DNA of 64,000 nt, from NCBI GenBank assembly GCA_963801165.1, contig CAWDDT010000004.1, positions 256,001-320,000 of the forward strand, written 5' to 3'. A program made the position numbers and the translations under genes. This stretch comes from an uncultured bacterium. GTDB taxonomy: Bacteria > Actinomycetota > Acidimicrobiia > Spongiisociales > UBA5794. The notes under the pieces are model-generated. The model did not search any database. It had not been told where the DNA came from and saw only the letters and a program-made list of their open reading frames with translations. This document shows, in pieces, positions 9,528-19,239 of this stretch. Each line of letters opens with the position of its first letter. Positions within the stretch are counted from its first letter, which is position 1.

Positions 9528-10117
9528 AGAAGTACTCGGGCTGGGGTTTCTGGCTGGCGATCGCCGCGGGTATAGCGGTGATGGTCTTTGGTGTGATCTT
9601 CGTCAACCGTCTCGGTGCCGACCCCACCCTGGCGCCGAGCCCGCTCGACAACAAGCCGGTGCCCGATGTGGCCATCGACTATCTCGACTCAGATGGTCAG
9701 TTCCGCCTGACCGACTTCTCCGGCGACATCGTCGTGGTCAACTTCTGGGCGTCGTGGTGCACGAGCTGCCGCGCCGAGCATGAGGCTCTGCTCTCGGCGG
9801 CGACTGCGTACCAGGGTCTCGGGGTGAAGTTCGTGGGAGTTGCGTACCTCGATGACCAGTCGGACAGTCTCGCCTTCCTCGACGAGTTGGGGCGTTCCGA
9901 TGCGTTCACTTACGGGCGTGACGTGGGATCGCGAGTCGCCGTGGAGTTCGGTGTGGAGGGTCTTCCCGAGACCTTCTTCATCGACGCCGCCGGGATCGTG
10001 CGTTCCAAGGTCAGTGGACCGGTCAACGCCGCGCTGCTCGGAGGAACCCTCGACGCCATGGTCCTCGGCGAGTACGTGGATCCGGCGGTCAGCACCGGAG
10101 AAGTGCAGAACCGGTAG
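9524..10117 (+). CDS. ccmG: CcmG/DsbE (TlpA-like) thiol:disulfide oxidoreductase
   Basis: N-terminal TM, VVNFWASWCTSC, GVEGLPETFFID. Confidence 0.85.
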   Translation: MKKYSGWGFWLAIAAGIAVMVFGVIFVNRLGADPTLAPSPLDNKPVPDVAIDYLDSDGQFRLTDFSGDIVVVNFWASWCTSCRAEHEALLSAATAYQGLGVKFVGVAYLDDQSDSLAFLDELGRSDAFTYGRDVGSRVAVEFGVEGLPETFFIDAAGIVRSKVSGPVNAALLGGTLDAMVLGEYVDPAVSTGEVQNR

Positions 10118-10119
10118 GG

Positions 10120-10344
10120 ACCCTTTCGGGAAACCGTGCCGGACAACTCCAGTTCAGGCTCGAGGCCGTGCTTGCCGCCGCTGTTTGTGCTCGGATGAGG
10201 CGAGCCTTCACGGAGATTGTCCACCACCCTTTCGGGAAACCGTGCCGGACAACTCCAGTTCAGGCTCGAGGCCGTGCTTGCCGCCGCTGTTTGTGCTCGG
10301 ATGAGGCGAGCCTTCACGGAGATTGTCCACCACCCTTTCGGGAA
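10120..10344. repeat. Two identical 106-bp units, each an imperfect palindrome, bounded by three copies of ACCCTTTCGGGAA
   Basis: 13-mer at 10120, 10226, 10332; internal inverted arms GGACAACTCC/GGAGATTGTCC and AGGCTCG/CGAGCCT. Confidence 0.92.
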
Positions 10345-10367
10345 CCCTGGCAAGGCCTGGGGGCGTC
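10341..10367 (+). promoter_or_regulatory. Putative ECF sigma promoter of the VWA lipoprotein gene
   Basis: GGAACC-N17-CGTC, same layout as at 49949-49975. Confidence 0.55.
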
Positions 10368-10432
10368 CAAGCGACATCGCACGAGAGATCGTTGCACACG
10401 AGATCTCGTACGAGTCAACTTGGAGGCAAACC

Positions 10433-12043
10433 ATGATGAGGAAGACCACAATCGCCCTGCTGGCGGTGATTCTGCTTGTCGGTGCCTGTGGGGGCAACGA
10501 CGACTCGTCGGACACCACCTACGGGCGGATAGACCAAACCACCACGACCGCGGCGGCGTCGCAGACGACAGCGTCGCCGGGCCATCCGACCCCGATCGCA
10601 GGGGATCAGCGGGCGACCGCGACAACGGCGATGGCGGAGACCACAACCACAGCGGGGGCAATGACCGAGGAACCGCGAGATGTCAACTTCGAGGACTACG
10701 GGGCCAACCCGTTCGAAGACCCCATCGAGGACTCGATGTCGACGTTTGCGGTCGACGTTGACACCGGCTCGTACACACTGATGCGGGCGTGGATCAACGA
10801 CGGCTACCTGCCCGACCCCGACTCGGTGCGGGTGGAGGAGTACGTCAACTATTTCGACGGTGGATACCAGGCGCCGGACGACTCGACGTTCGCCATTTAC
10901 GCCGACGGCGGCCCGACCCCGTATTGGGATCCGGCCAACGACATCCTCCGTATCGGGATCAAGGCTCGCGAGGTCACCGAGCGGCAGCGGCAGGACATGA
11001 ACCTGACCCTGGTCGTCGACGTCTCCGGGTCGATGGGTGATCAAAACAAGCTGAAGATGGTCCAGGACGCTCTGGCCGTGCTCATCGGCGAGCTCGATCG
11101 GTACGACACCGTCGGAATCGTGTCCTACAACACCGATGCCCGGGTCGTGCTCGAGCCGACACCTGCGTCCGATGCCGACACGATCATCGATGCCATCTAC
11201 AGACTGAGCGCCGGGGGCAATACCAACGCCGAGGCGGGGTTGCTCAAGGGATATGACATGGCGGATGATTCCTACCAACGTGACGCCGTCAACCGGGTCG
11301 TCCTGCTGTCGGACGGTGTCGCCAACGTCGGCAACACCGGTCCGGGTTCCATCCTCGAGCAGATCGGCGACCGCACCAGAGAGGATATCGACCTGGTGAC
11401 CATCGGCGTCGGCATCTCGACCTACAACGACGTGCTGCTCGAGCAACTCGCCGACCAGGGCAACGGGTGGTACGCATACGTCGATACGAAGGACGAAGCA
11501 GTCAAGCTGTTCCGCGAGCAGCTCACCACGAGCCTCGAGACCGTCGCCCGTAATGCCAAGGTCCAGGTCGAGTTCGACCCCGAGTACGTCGACGGATACC
11601 GGCTGATCGGCTTCGAGAACCGGGCGATCGCCGACCAGGATTTCCGGGACGACAGTGTCGACGCCGGTGAGATAAACGCCGGGCACACGGTCACCGCGCT
11701 CTACGAGCTAGACCTGACCAGAGATGCCTACCGGACCGACGAGCCGTTCGCCACGGTCCATCTGCGCTGGATCGACCCGGACACCGGTCGCAGCGAGGAG
11801 ATCCAGGGTGACGTCTCGACGGCGCTGCTGGCAGACCGCTTCGACGAGACCTCAGCCCAGTTCCAGCTGGTGTCGTCCGTCGCCGCATACGCCGAGGTGC
11901 TCCGGGACAGCCGGTGGGTGCGCGGGCTCCATCTCGACGACGTTCTCGCCGAGCTCGACGGCCTGCCATGGCGTCAGCTCAACAACGACGCCGCAGACGA
12001 GTTCTACGACATCGTCTCACGAGCGGTCCGGCTCGAGGCATAA
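10433..12043 (+). CDS. YfbK-like von Willebrand factor A lipoprotein
   Basis: GGAGG RBS, lipobox LVGAC, Thr-rich linker, STFAVDVDTGSY, MIDAS DVSGSM, LLSDGVANVG, YRLIGFENR, DAGEINAGH. Confidence 0.9.
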   Translation: MMRKTTIALLAVILLVGACGGNDDSSDTTYGRIDQTTTTAAASQTTASPGHPTPIAGDQRATATTAMAETTTTAGAMTEEPRDVNFEDYGANPFEDPIEDSMSTFAVDVDTGSYTLMRAWINDGYLPDPDSVRVEEYVNYFDGGYQAPDDSTFAIYADGGPTPYWDPANDILRIGIKAREVTERQRQDMNLTLVVDVSGSMGDQNKLKMVQDALAVLIGELDRYDTVGIVSYNTDARVVLEPTPASDADTIIDAIYRLSAGGNTNAEAGLLKGYDMADDSYQRDAVNRVVLLSDGVANVGNTGPGSILEQIGDRTREDIDLVTIGVGISTYNDVLLEQLADQGNGWYAYVDTKDEAVKLFREQLTTSLETVARNAKVQVEFDPEYVDGYRLIGFENRAIADQDFRDDSVDAGEINAGHTVTALYELDLTRDAYRTDEPFATVHLRWIDPDTGRSEEIQGDVSTALLADRFDETSAQFQLVSSVAAYAEVLRDSRWVRGLHLDDVLAELDGLPWRQLNNDAADEFYDIVSRAVRLEA

Positions 12044-12063
12044 CCGGGAGGAGGCAGCCGGAC

Positions 12064-12095
12064 GGAGGGGCCCCGCAGGGACGCGGGGCCTCTCC
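12064..12095. terminator. Hairpin between convergent genes
   Basis: GGAGGGGCCCCGC-AGGGAC-GCGGGGCCTCTCC, 13-bp stem with one G-U pair. Confidence 0.7.
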
Positions 12096-12101
12096 AGTTT
12101 C

Positions 12102-12308
12102 TCAGGCCCCGCGGATCACCAACCTGTCGAGCAACCCCTGTGACGATGCCGTGATCTCAGCAACGGCTCGTTGGAACACGTCTGCGTTGTGGGCGGCGGG
12201 TTTCTGAAAGCCACTTATCTTGCGGACGAACTGGAGGGCGGCTGCCTCGATCTCTTCAGGGGTGGCGGGTACGGCGCCGTCGCGGAGACGCTTGATTGAT
12301 CTGCACAT
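12102..12308 (-). CDS. DUF2277 family small protein
   Basis: MCRSIKRLR...PATPEEIEAAALQFVRKISGF pattern. Confidence 0.85.
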   Translation of the reverse strand: MCRSIKRLRDGAVPATPEEIEAAALQFVRKISGFQKPAAHNADVFQRAVAEITASSQGLLDRLVIRGA

Positions 12309-12321
12309 AAGATGACCCTAC

Positions 12322-12888
12322 ATGTCAGAGGTTGAGCGCGCTCACTGGAATCATCGGTACAGCAAGGAAGGGGCCTGGGTCACCGAGCCTTCGGCGTTTC
12401 TGCTCGAAGTTGGTCCCCGGCTCCCGTCACAATCCCGCGTCCTCGACGTTGGCGGCGGCACCGGCAGGCACGCAATCTGGCTGGCGCGGCAGGGTCACGA
12501 CGTCACCATCGCCGACATCTCGGACACCGGGCTCGAGCTTGCTAGACAGGCGGCGGCGGAGGCCGGTGTCGAGGTGGCGACGATCTGCATGGATTTCGAC
12601 ACCGACCCGATGCCGCCGGGGCCGTGGGATGTGCTCGTCGACTTTCACTTCATCAAGCGCGAGCTGTTCTCGGTGTTCCTCGACGTGCTCCGTCCCGGCG
12701 GGTTGCTCGTCTTCTGCCGGGCCACCAAGAAGAACCTCGAGCGCCACGATCGCCCACCACGAAACTACCTGATCGATGTGGGGGAGGGCTGGGAGCTACT
12801 CGCCGGATGGGAGCTGGTAGTCGCCCGCGAAGGCTGGTCCGTGGAAGACCGGCACGAGTTCGAGGCACTTGCCCGGAAGCCGGTGTAG
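12322..12888 (+). CDS. Class I SAM-dependent methyltransferase (TehB-like)
   Basis: WNHRY, VLDVGGGTGRHAIWLA motif I, LRPGG. Confidence 0.85.
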   Translation: MSEVERAHWNHRYSKEGAWVTEPSAFLLEVGPRLPSQSRVLDVGGGTGRHAIWLARQGHDVTIADISDTGLELARQAAAEAGVEVATICMDFDTDPMPPGPWDVLVDFHFIKRELFSVFLDVLRPGGLLVFCRATKKNLERHDRPPRNYLIDVGEGWELLAGWELVVAREGWSVEDRHEFEALARKPV

Positions 12889-13005
12889 ATACGGACGCGC
12901 AGATATGCCGGGGAGGTCCGGACGGTGTGGTCGGGACGCCCCGGGTGTGGGGATCTTCGTGAGTCGTTTGGGTGACGGGGAGGTAGGGGAAGCCGAGTGT
13001 GTCGG

Positions 13006-14083
13006 CTATGGGGGTCCGCGCCGGTGAGGTGTGATGAAGAGTCGTCGTTGTGGTGGTGAGGTGGGATCAATCCGATAGCCCCGACCATGTATTACCACAT
13101 GATGGTGGTACCAGCACAACGTGGTCAGATTGTCCGGATCATGGCTACCGCCGTGGCTGCGATGTTTGAGGTGATGAACCTGGAGCCGGTACCGCGACCG
13201 GCACCCCGAGATGGTGCAGCCACCGTCCCGCCACATGACAAAGCGGCGGACAGCAGGCGCGATAGCTTTGGTGTTACCGGAGGTAACCACCGGTTTGCCG
13301 TTGTCCAGGCCGACGAGCTGTACCGACCCGGTACACAGCGCCTCCTCGAGTACCTGCGGCGCGACCCGGGGGCCGAACTCGATCTCAACCCCAACCTCCC
13401 CACCACCGTGGGCCATCCGGTCGAGGTCGGCAAACAACACCACATCGGCTCCACCACCCTCACCGGTATCCGAATCGCCGAGTGAGTCTTGGCAGATAGA
13501 GGTGAGTGACAGGGCGTAGCGGTGGGCTCGGGACCTGACGTCATCGGGAAACTCGTCAGAACGTTGCTGGAGCGCCTTCTCCACGGTGCGTCCGCCGACC
13601 CCGTCCAACAAACCCCGGATCGAATACGCGACTCGTCCAGATTGGGTTGCAACACCACATGCTGATCGGCAAAGACACGTTGCTGGTCTCGGCGGGTGAA
13701 GCGACGCTGCCGGGCGGTGAGACGACGTACCCCAGCGATGTCATAACCAGCGGCCATTGAGACGTCGCTCTCATCGGCGCCGGCAGCCGCCAGTCTGCTG
13801 GTGGCGAGGGCACGGTCGAACGAGCATTCCCCCGCTCCAACCTGTCGGAGTCGTCGCTGGTGACGATCCGTGACGCCTGTACCAGGGCTTGGGCGTTCTG
13901 GGGGGCGAGATCGAGCTTGGCGGTTGCCCACTCCACCAACGACCGGGCCCCGTCGATGTTGGCGATACCCGCATCGTCGAGCCTGCGGAGAGCCCCGAGC
14001 TGGATGGCCCGGAGTGTGGAGATCGCCGCCTCCGCCCCCAGCACGGTGGCTTCCAGATCGTCGATAGAAGTCGTTCCCAACAT
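13006..14083 (-). pseudogene. DUF222/13E12-like HNH endonuclease gene with two apparent frameshifts
   Basis: C-terminal RDGGCTISGC..VHHLKHRSHGGSHDPDNLTTLCWYHH and RGPP end; reading frame changes near 13830 (G run) and near 13625. Confidence 0.8.
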
Positions 14084-14089
14084 GAGGAC

Positions 14090-14112
14090 AACGTATCAGC
14101 CGGGTATGACAA
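14090..14112 (-). promoter_or_regulatory. RecA-independent (PafBC-type) DNA-damage promoter-like motif
   Basis: TTGTCATAC-CCGGCTGA-TACGTT matches the spacing of tTGTCRgtg-N8-TAnnnT; ATG follows 6 nt later (leaderless). Confidence 0.55.
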
Positions 14113-14146
14113 GATTTCCTTGGATGGGTAACGAATCGCTGTGCCG

Positions 14147-15088
14147 TCAGCCGGGTTCGGCGGTGCGGTTGTCGAGCTCCCGACCGGCATCGTCGTAGGA
14201 CACGAGCTCGATCGTCGGTTCACTTGCCGTTTGAACGATGAATACGGCAACGCCTCCGATCGGGCGCTGCCATTGTCGTGTTCCGTTGACCGTGATCTGC
14301 ACGACTGACACATCGGATGGAAGCGACGACCAGAAGACCTGGGTGATCCATGGGTGCGATTGGCGCATTCGCACCGTCACGTCTGGTTCGGCCTGGATTC
14401 CTCCGCCTGGTGGGGTGGTGCTTCCCCCGCTGCATGTTCCGAGCGCCGCCGGTTGTCCCGACTCGATATTCCACTTCGTCCAGCCGACCCCCCAGTCACA
14501 TGTGACGACTTCCCCTGACAAGATCACCGGGATCCGGAAGGCCAGAAGACCGTCTCGGTCTCCCAGCGCGATGATCGGCTGGTCCGCAAGAGAAAACTCG
14601 TTCTCTTCGAGAGCGAGCTGATCGAGCGTCAGCGTCTCGAACGGGATCAACGAGACCTCGACGCCTAAACCGCTCGTCTCGAAGACAGGTGGTGGGCCGG
14701 ACGGGATCGCCTGTATTACCGGTGGTGTTTCGATCAGCGTCACCTCGTGGTCGGGATACACCAGCTGCGGTGGTGCGGTGGTCGTGGGCACGCTTGTCGT
14801 GGTGTTGGGCGGTGCCGTCGTGGTTGGGGCTGTTGTAGACGGCTCGGTTGGGTTGACGGCGTTGTCATCTGGTCCGAGACCCACGCCGACGAGGAGCAGC
14901 CCCGCCCCGAGGGCAAGCACCGCGGCGAAAGACACAAGCGCAATAGCGATGCCGCGCCTCGAACTCGGAACCCGGCTGTGGCGCGTCTCTACAGCGACTG
15001 CGATGCTGGTCAACTCGTCGAGGCTGAGGGGATGGGAGTGCTCCGCATATGTGCGGGCGATCGCATCAGCGAGGTTGTCAATCGACAC
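14147..15088 (-). CDS. Single-pass membrane protein, putative anti-sigma factor
   Basis: Short cytoplasmic N-terminus, TM, PTT linker, extracellular domain with 2 Cys; overlaps sigma gene. Confidence 0.55.
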   Translation of the reverse strand: MSIDNLADAIARTYAEHSHPLSLDELTSIAVAVETRHSRVPSSRRGIAIALVSFAAVLALGAGLLLVGVGLGPDDNAVNPTEPSTTAPTTTAPPNTTTSVPTTTAPPQLVYPDHEVTLIETPPVIQAIPSGPPPVFETSGLGVEVSLIPFETLTLDQLALEENEFSLADQPIIALGDRDGLLAFRIPVILSGEVVTCDWGVGWTKWNIESGQPAALGTCSGGSTTPPGGGIQAEPDVTVRMRQSHPWITQVFWSSLPSDVSVVQITVNGTRQWQRPIGGVAVFIVQTASEPTIELVSYDDAGRELDNRTAEPG

Positions 15089-15539
15089 CGGATACCTCCA
15101 ACTCCTGTCGAAGGCGCTTCAGGCCTCGTTCGACATGATTCTGTACGGTTGTTGGCTTGATGCCGAGTAGCTCGGCAACTTCGACTCGGGTCCAGCCCAG
15201 ACCGTGGACCAGGACCACCGCGATCCGCTGATGTCTCGACAGCGACTTCAACGCGACAGAGAGCGCCGGTTCGACCCACGGCATCTCGACGTTCGACGAG
15301 ACCGCAGCCGGCTGGGGTGGGCGCCGTCGCTGGCGACGGCCGTAGCGTTGACCAACTCGGAAGACATAGCCCGCGGGGTTGTCCATTTCCTTTATGCGGT
15401 CCCAGTGCTCCCATGCGTAGGCGAGGGCGTGGGCAGCTGAGTCTTTCCCAAGGTCGAAGCCGAGCTCGGCGCTCAGCGCCTGACGAATCGGCTGCTCCTT
15501 CTGCTCGAAGAACGCCACGAAACCGTCGGGCGCGATCAT
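15078..15539 (-). CDS. ECF RNA polymerase sigma factor
   Basis: AYAWEHW..MDNPAGYVFRV region 2; LSRHQRIAVVL..EVAELLGIKPTTVQNHVERGLKRLR region 4. Confidence 0.88.
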   Translation of the reverse strand: MIAPDGFVAFFEQKEQPIRQALSAELGFDLGKDSAAHALAYAWEHWDRIKEMDNPAGYVFRVGQRYGRRQRRRPPQPAAVSSNVEMPWVEPALSVALKSLSRHQRIAVVLVHGLGWTRVEVAELLGIKPTTVQNHVERGLKRLRQELEVSGVD

Positions 15540-15675
15540 GTTCCGGCTCCAGGCTCTGTCGCGACTGCCATCACCCTATAAGGACACAACACCGGCAGCG
15601 CAACCACAGCCGTTCCGCTTTCGTGCCTGCGCACGCCATGTGTAGCGTCCTCTGGTAACTCGAGGAAGGCATGAG

Positions 15676-16227
15676 ATGTCCAAGCGGGGAATCGGCCGCA
15701 GAGGGGAGTTCATCGTGAGGCTGGTAGTTGCAGCAGCCGCATGCGCCGCGCTCATCGCCGGTTGTGGCAGCGCTGAACCCGCAGGCTCGGTGAGCCTGTC
15801 CGCCGCGGACGTCGCCGACATATCGGCCCAGGCTGCGGCAGCCGCGTGTGCGCGCTATTGCGACGATTCGCAGGTATATGTTCTCGACGAGATCGTTGCG
15901 CGTGATGCGCAGTCTGGAGATGAGACTGTGATGCCGGTGGACATGCAGCAGTCGCTGATGGCAAGCATGGACCGGACCGAGATCATCACACAGGAACGGC
16001 ACGAGGGGATGTTTGCCGACGGCATGCTCATCGAGCCCGGTGCCGTCGTTGTCTACGTCGGTCCGGTTGACGAGCTCGGCGACGGGCTGGTTGGGATCGA
16101 CATCGGGGTGGCGACCCGAGGCGATGGGTACCGTGCCGACACCTACCTGTTCCGCAGCACCGGTAGCGGCTGGGAGCCCGCGTCTCCGGAGGAGAGCGGT
16201 GTGACGGTCACCACCAGCGTGTCGTAG
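15676..16227 (+). CDS. Hypothetical lipoprotein
   Basis: Signal peptide with LIAGC lipobox; CARYC motif. Confidence 0.6.
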   Translation: MSKRGIGRRGEFIVRLVVAAAACAALIAGCGSAEPAGSVSLSAADVADISAQAAAAACARYCDDSQVYVLDEIVARDAQSGDETVMPVDMQQSLMASMDRTEIITQERHEGMFADGMLIEPGAVVVYVGPVDELGDGLVGIDIGVATRGDGYRADTYLFRSTGSGWEPASPEESGVTVTTSVS

Positions 16228-16284
16228 ACCAAGACGTCCTCCCATCGCTCTACCATCTGCCCCGCGACGTCGTGAGGAGCCAGG

Positions 16285-18813
16285 ATGACCAGTGAAGCCG
16301 ACTATCGACTCCCGAGGACGGTGATCCCGTCCCGGTACGAGCTGCGTCTCGAGCCTGATCTTGACGATGCCTCCTTCCGCGGGTCCGAAGTAGTCGACGT
16401 CGAGGTCGTCGAGCCGGTCACCTCTGTAGTCCTCAACGCAATCGAGTTGGAGATCCAGGACGCCGCCGTGGTGGACGGCTCCGGTCACCGTCTCGTTGCG
16501 TCTGGCATCGACTGCGACGAGGAGACAGAACGGGTGACGCTCCGATTCGATGAGGAACTGGCACCCGGCTCGTGGCAGTTGCACGTCACGTTCTCCGGAA
16601 TCCTCAACGACGAGCTCCACGGGTTCTACCGGTCGACGTACAAGGACCTCGACGGCAACGAGCAGGTCATCGCCACGACGCAGTTCGAGGCGACCGATGC
16701 CCGGCGAGCTTTCCCGTGCTGGGACGAGCCCGATCTGAAGGCCACATTCCGGGTGACCCTGGTTGTCCCTGAGGACCTCGTAGCCATAACCAACAGCGCC
16801 GAGGTTGCTGCGACGCCGAGCGGCGACGCCAAGGTGGCACACGAGTTCGCTGAGACCATGAAGATGTCTACCTATCTGGTCGCCTTCATCGTCGGAAACC
16901 TGGAGGCCACCGGACCGGTCGATGCCGGCGGTGTGCCGTTGCGGGTATTCCACACGCCCGGCAAGGGTCATCTCGCCGAGTTTGCGCTCGAAGCGGGTGC
17001 CTTTGCTCTCGACTACCTGGCCACCTACTACGACATCCCGTACCCGGGGGACAAGCTCGACATGATCGGCGTTCCCGACTTCGCATGGGGTGCGATGGAG
17101 AACCTGGGAGCGGTCACCTACCGGGAGACAGCCCTGCTGGTCGATGAGAAGCGCGGCACCCAGGGAGAGCTCGTGCGAGTCGCCGATGTGATCGCCCATG
17201 AGCTGGCACACATGTGGTTCGGCGACCTCGTCACCATGAAATGGTGGAACGGGATCTGGCTCAACGAGGCTTTCGCCACCTTCATGGAGATGAAGTGCGT
17301 CGATACCTTCCGGCCGGACTGGAAGCGCTGGCTCAGCTTCGCCGGACCGCGAGCAGGGTCCATGGACGTCGACGGGCTGACGTCCACCAGGCCCGTCGAG
17401 TTCCCGGTGGCCTCTCCTCAGGACGCCAACGCCATGTTCGACACCCTCACCTACGACAAGGGCTCGGCCGTGCTCCGCATGCTCGAGCAGTATCTGGGTG
17501 AGGACATTTTCCGCAACGGGATCCGCCGCTACCTGAAGACTCACTCCTATTCGAACACGGAGACCGCCGACCTGTGGGCCGCGCTCGAAGCGGAGTCCGG
17601 CGAACCCGTGGGTGAGATCATGAACGGCTGGATTTTTCAGGGCGGTTACCCGCAGATCGATGTCACCGAGACGGAGTCCGGCTACCTGCTGGAGCAGCGT
17701 CAGTTCCGTTTTCTGGGTGGGGGGGACGCACAATGGCAGGTGCCCGCCCTCTACCACACCGAGTCAGGGGACGGGCGGTTCATCATCGGGTCGGAGCCCG
17801 TCGGTCTGCCTGCTACGGGTGGTTTGCTGCTCAATCGTGGTGGTCACGGGTTCTACCGGGTCAACTACCCGACCGAGACGCTGCAGGACCTCGCCGCCGA
17901 CTTCGCAACCCTGGAGCCGGGTGAGCGCCGCATGCTGCTTTCCGACACCTGGGCGAACGTGCTTGCCGGTGAGGCGCCCGCGGCCAACTTCATCGCACTG
18001 GTCGGTGCCCTGACCGATGAGGACGAGCCCGATGTGTGGGGTGCGGCGGTCGCCGGTCTGGGGGAACTCGACCGGGTGATCGCACCGGAGGATCGGCCCG
18101 AGCTGCAGGAGCTGGTGTGTGACCTGGCGAGGCCAAAAGCGGCCGAGCTCGGATGGGAGCCGGCGGACAACGAGCCCGGTCTCACCCGCAAGCTGCGGGC
18201 GCTGTTGCTCCGCACTGTTGGCAACCTGGGCGACGACGCCGAAACCCAGGCCGAGGCCAGCAGGGTCTTCAGCAAGTTCCTCGAGGACCGTGACTCGGTC
18301 GACGCCGACGTTGCCGACGCCGCGATCGGGATCGTCGCCGCCAACGGGGGAGGCGAGGAGTTCGAGCGCTTCCTCCGGCTGCGCGACGACGCTGAGACGC
18401 CCCAGGAGGAGGTCCGGTTCCTCGGGGCGGCGGCTGCCGTGCCCGACGAGGAGACCGCAGCGCGTCTCGTCGAGATGATTCTCGGTGGTGAGGTGCGCAG
18501 CCAGGACGCCAATTGGATGCTGGCGCGGCTGCTCGGTCACCGCGAGACGGGCCCGCTCGTTTGGGAGCTGGTCAAGGCGAACTGGGAACGCGTCCTCAAC
18601 TCGATGCCACCGCAGAACCGGCGGCGCATGCTCGATCTGATCATGTACCGCTCGGAGCCCGAGGTGGCCGCCGATATCGAAGCCTGGTTTGCCGAGCATC
18701 CCATCGCCGGCGCCGACAAGCACGTCGAGCAACAGCTGGAGCGGTTGCGGGTGCGGGTCGGGCTTCGCCGGCGCGAGGCGGAGCGGCTCGGCGACGCGCT
18801 GCGCAAGGCTTAG
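16285..18813 (+). CDS. pepN: M1 family aminopeptidase N (puromycin-sensitive type)
   Basis: ARRAFPCWDEP, GAMEN, HELAH-x18-E (WLNEAFA), YDKG. Confidence 0.93.
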   Translation: MTSEADYRLPRTVIPSRYELRLEPDLDDASFRGSEVVDVEVVEPVTSVVLNAIELEIQDAAVVDGSGHRLVASGIDCDEETERVTLRFDEELAPGSWQLHVTFSGILNDELHGFYRSTYKDLDGNEQVIATTQFEATDARRAFPCWDEPDLKATFRVTLVVPEDLVAITNSAEVAATPSGDAKVAHEFAETMKMSTYLVAFIVGNLEATGPVDAGGVPLRVFHTPGKGHLAEFALEAGAFALDYLATYYDIPYPGDKLDMIGVPDFAWGAMENLGAVTYRETALLVDEKRGTQGELVRVADVIAHELAHMWFGDLVTMKWWNGIWLNEAFATFMEMKCVDTFRPDWKRWLSFAGPRAGSMDVDGLTSTRPVEFPVASPQDANAMFDTLTYDKGSAVLRMLEQYLGEDIFRNGIRRYLKTHSYSNTETADLWAALEAESGEPVGEIMNGWIFQGGYPQIDVTETESGYLLEQRQFRFLGGGDAQWQVPALYHTESGDGRFIIGSEPVGLPATGGLLLNRGGHGFYRVNYPTETLQDLAADFATLEPGERRMLLSDTWANVLAGEAPAANFIALVGALTDEDEPDVWGAAVAGLGELDRVIAPEDRPELQELVCDLARPKAAELGWEPADNEPGLTRKLRALLLRTVGNLGDDAETQAEASRVFSKFLEDRDSVDADVADAAIGIVAANGGGEEFERFLRLRDDAETPQEEVRFLGAAAAVPDEETAARLVEMILGGEVRSQDANWMLARLLGHRETGPLVWELVKANWERVLNSMPPQNRRRMLDLIMYRSEPEVAADIEAWFAEHPIAGADKHVEQQLERLRVRVGLRRREAERLGDALRKA

Positions 18814-19196
18814 GCAAGTCGGCGCAGACCCAGAACCAGCAGCACGAGGGCGGCCAGGAACAAGACGCACCCGATCATCGGTGCGAGCAGCGATCCGGTC
18901 AGGGCGAACCCGACGACGCCCAGCAGCAAGCCAGTTTCAGCGATTGCGACGCGAACGATGAAGCCGACCTGGATTCGCTCTGGACCGACGGTCCGCTCCC
19001 CCGCGGTCGACCACCACCGGAGCGCCGCCAGGAGCCCGATCACACCGAAGATCGCAGAGGCCAGTGCGGCGGCATCTGCAAGATCCGGGTCCTGCGGATC
19101 GCCGACGCCTATCACCGCAAGCACGCCGACGAGGACGATCGCCCCGGCGGCAAACGCTCTTGCGACCGCTTCGAGCCTATGTCTGACCTGATCCAT
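18810..19196 (-). CDS. Hypothetical four-TM membrane protein
   Basis: Four hydrophobic segments; fills the gap between pepN and hutH. Confidence 0.6.
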   Translation of the reverse strand: MDQVRHRLEAVARAFAAGAIVLVGVLAVIGVGDPQDPDLADAAALASAIFGVIGLLAALRWWSTAGERTVGPERIQVGFIVRVAIAETGLLLGVVGFALTGSLLAPMIGCVLFLAALVLLVLGLRRLA

Positions 19197-19239
19197 GCAG
19201 CCCGGAGGGTAGTGTCCGGAGCACGACAGAGGAGGACTC

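Noticed and set aside
10120-10344. CRISPR array
   Set aside because: The intervening sequences are identical, the repeat is only 13 bp, and no cas genes are present
15571-18870. Long antisense ORFs (728 aa, 368 aa) opposite pepN, and similar ones opposite ccmF, amtB, MFS and the macroglobulin
   Set aside because: Shadow ORFs expected from high-GC codon bias; no motifs
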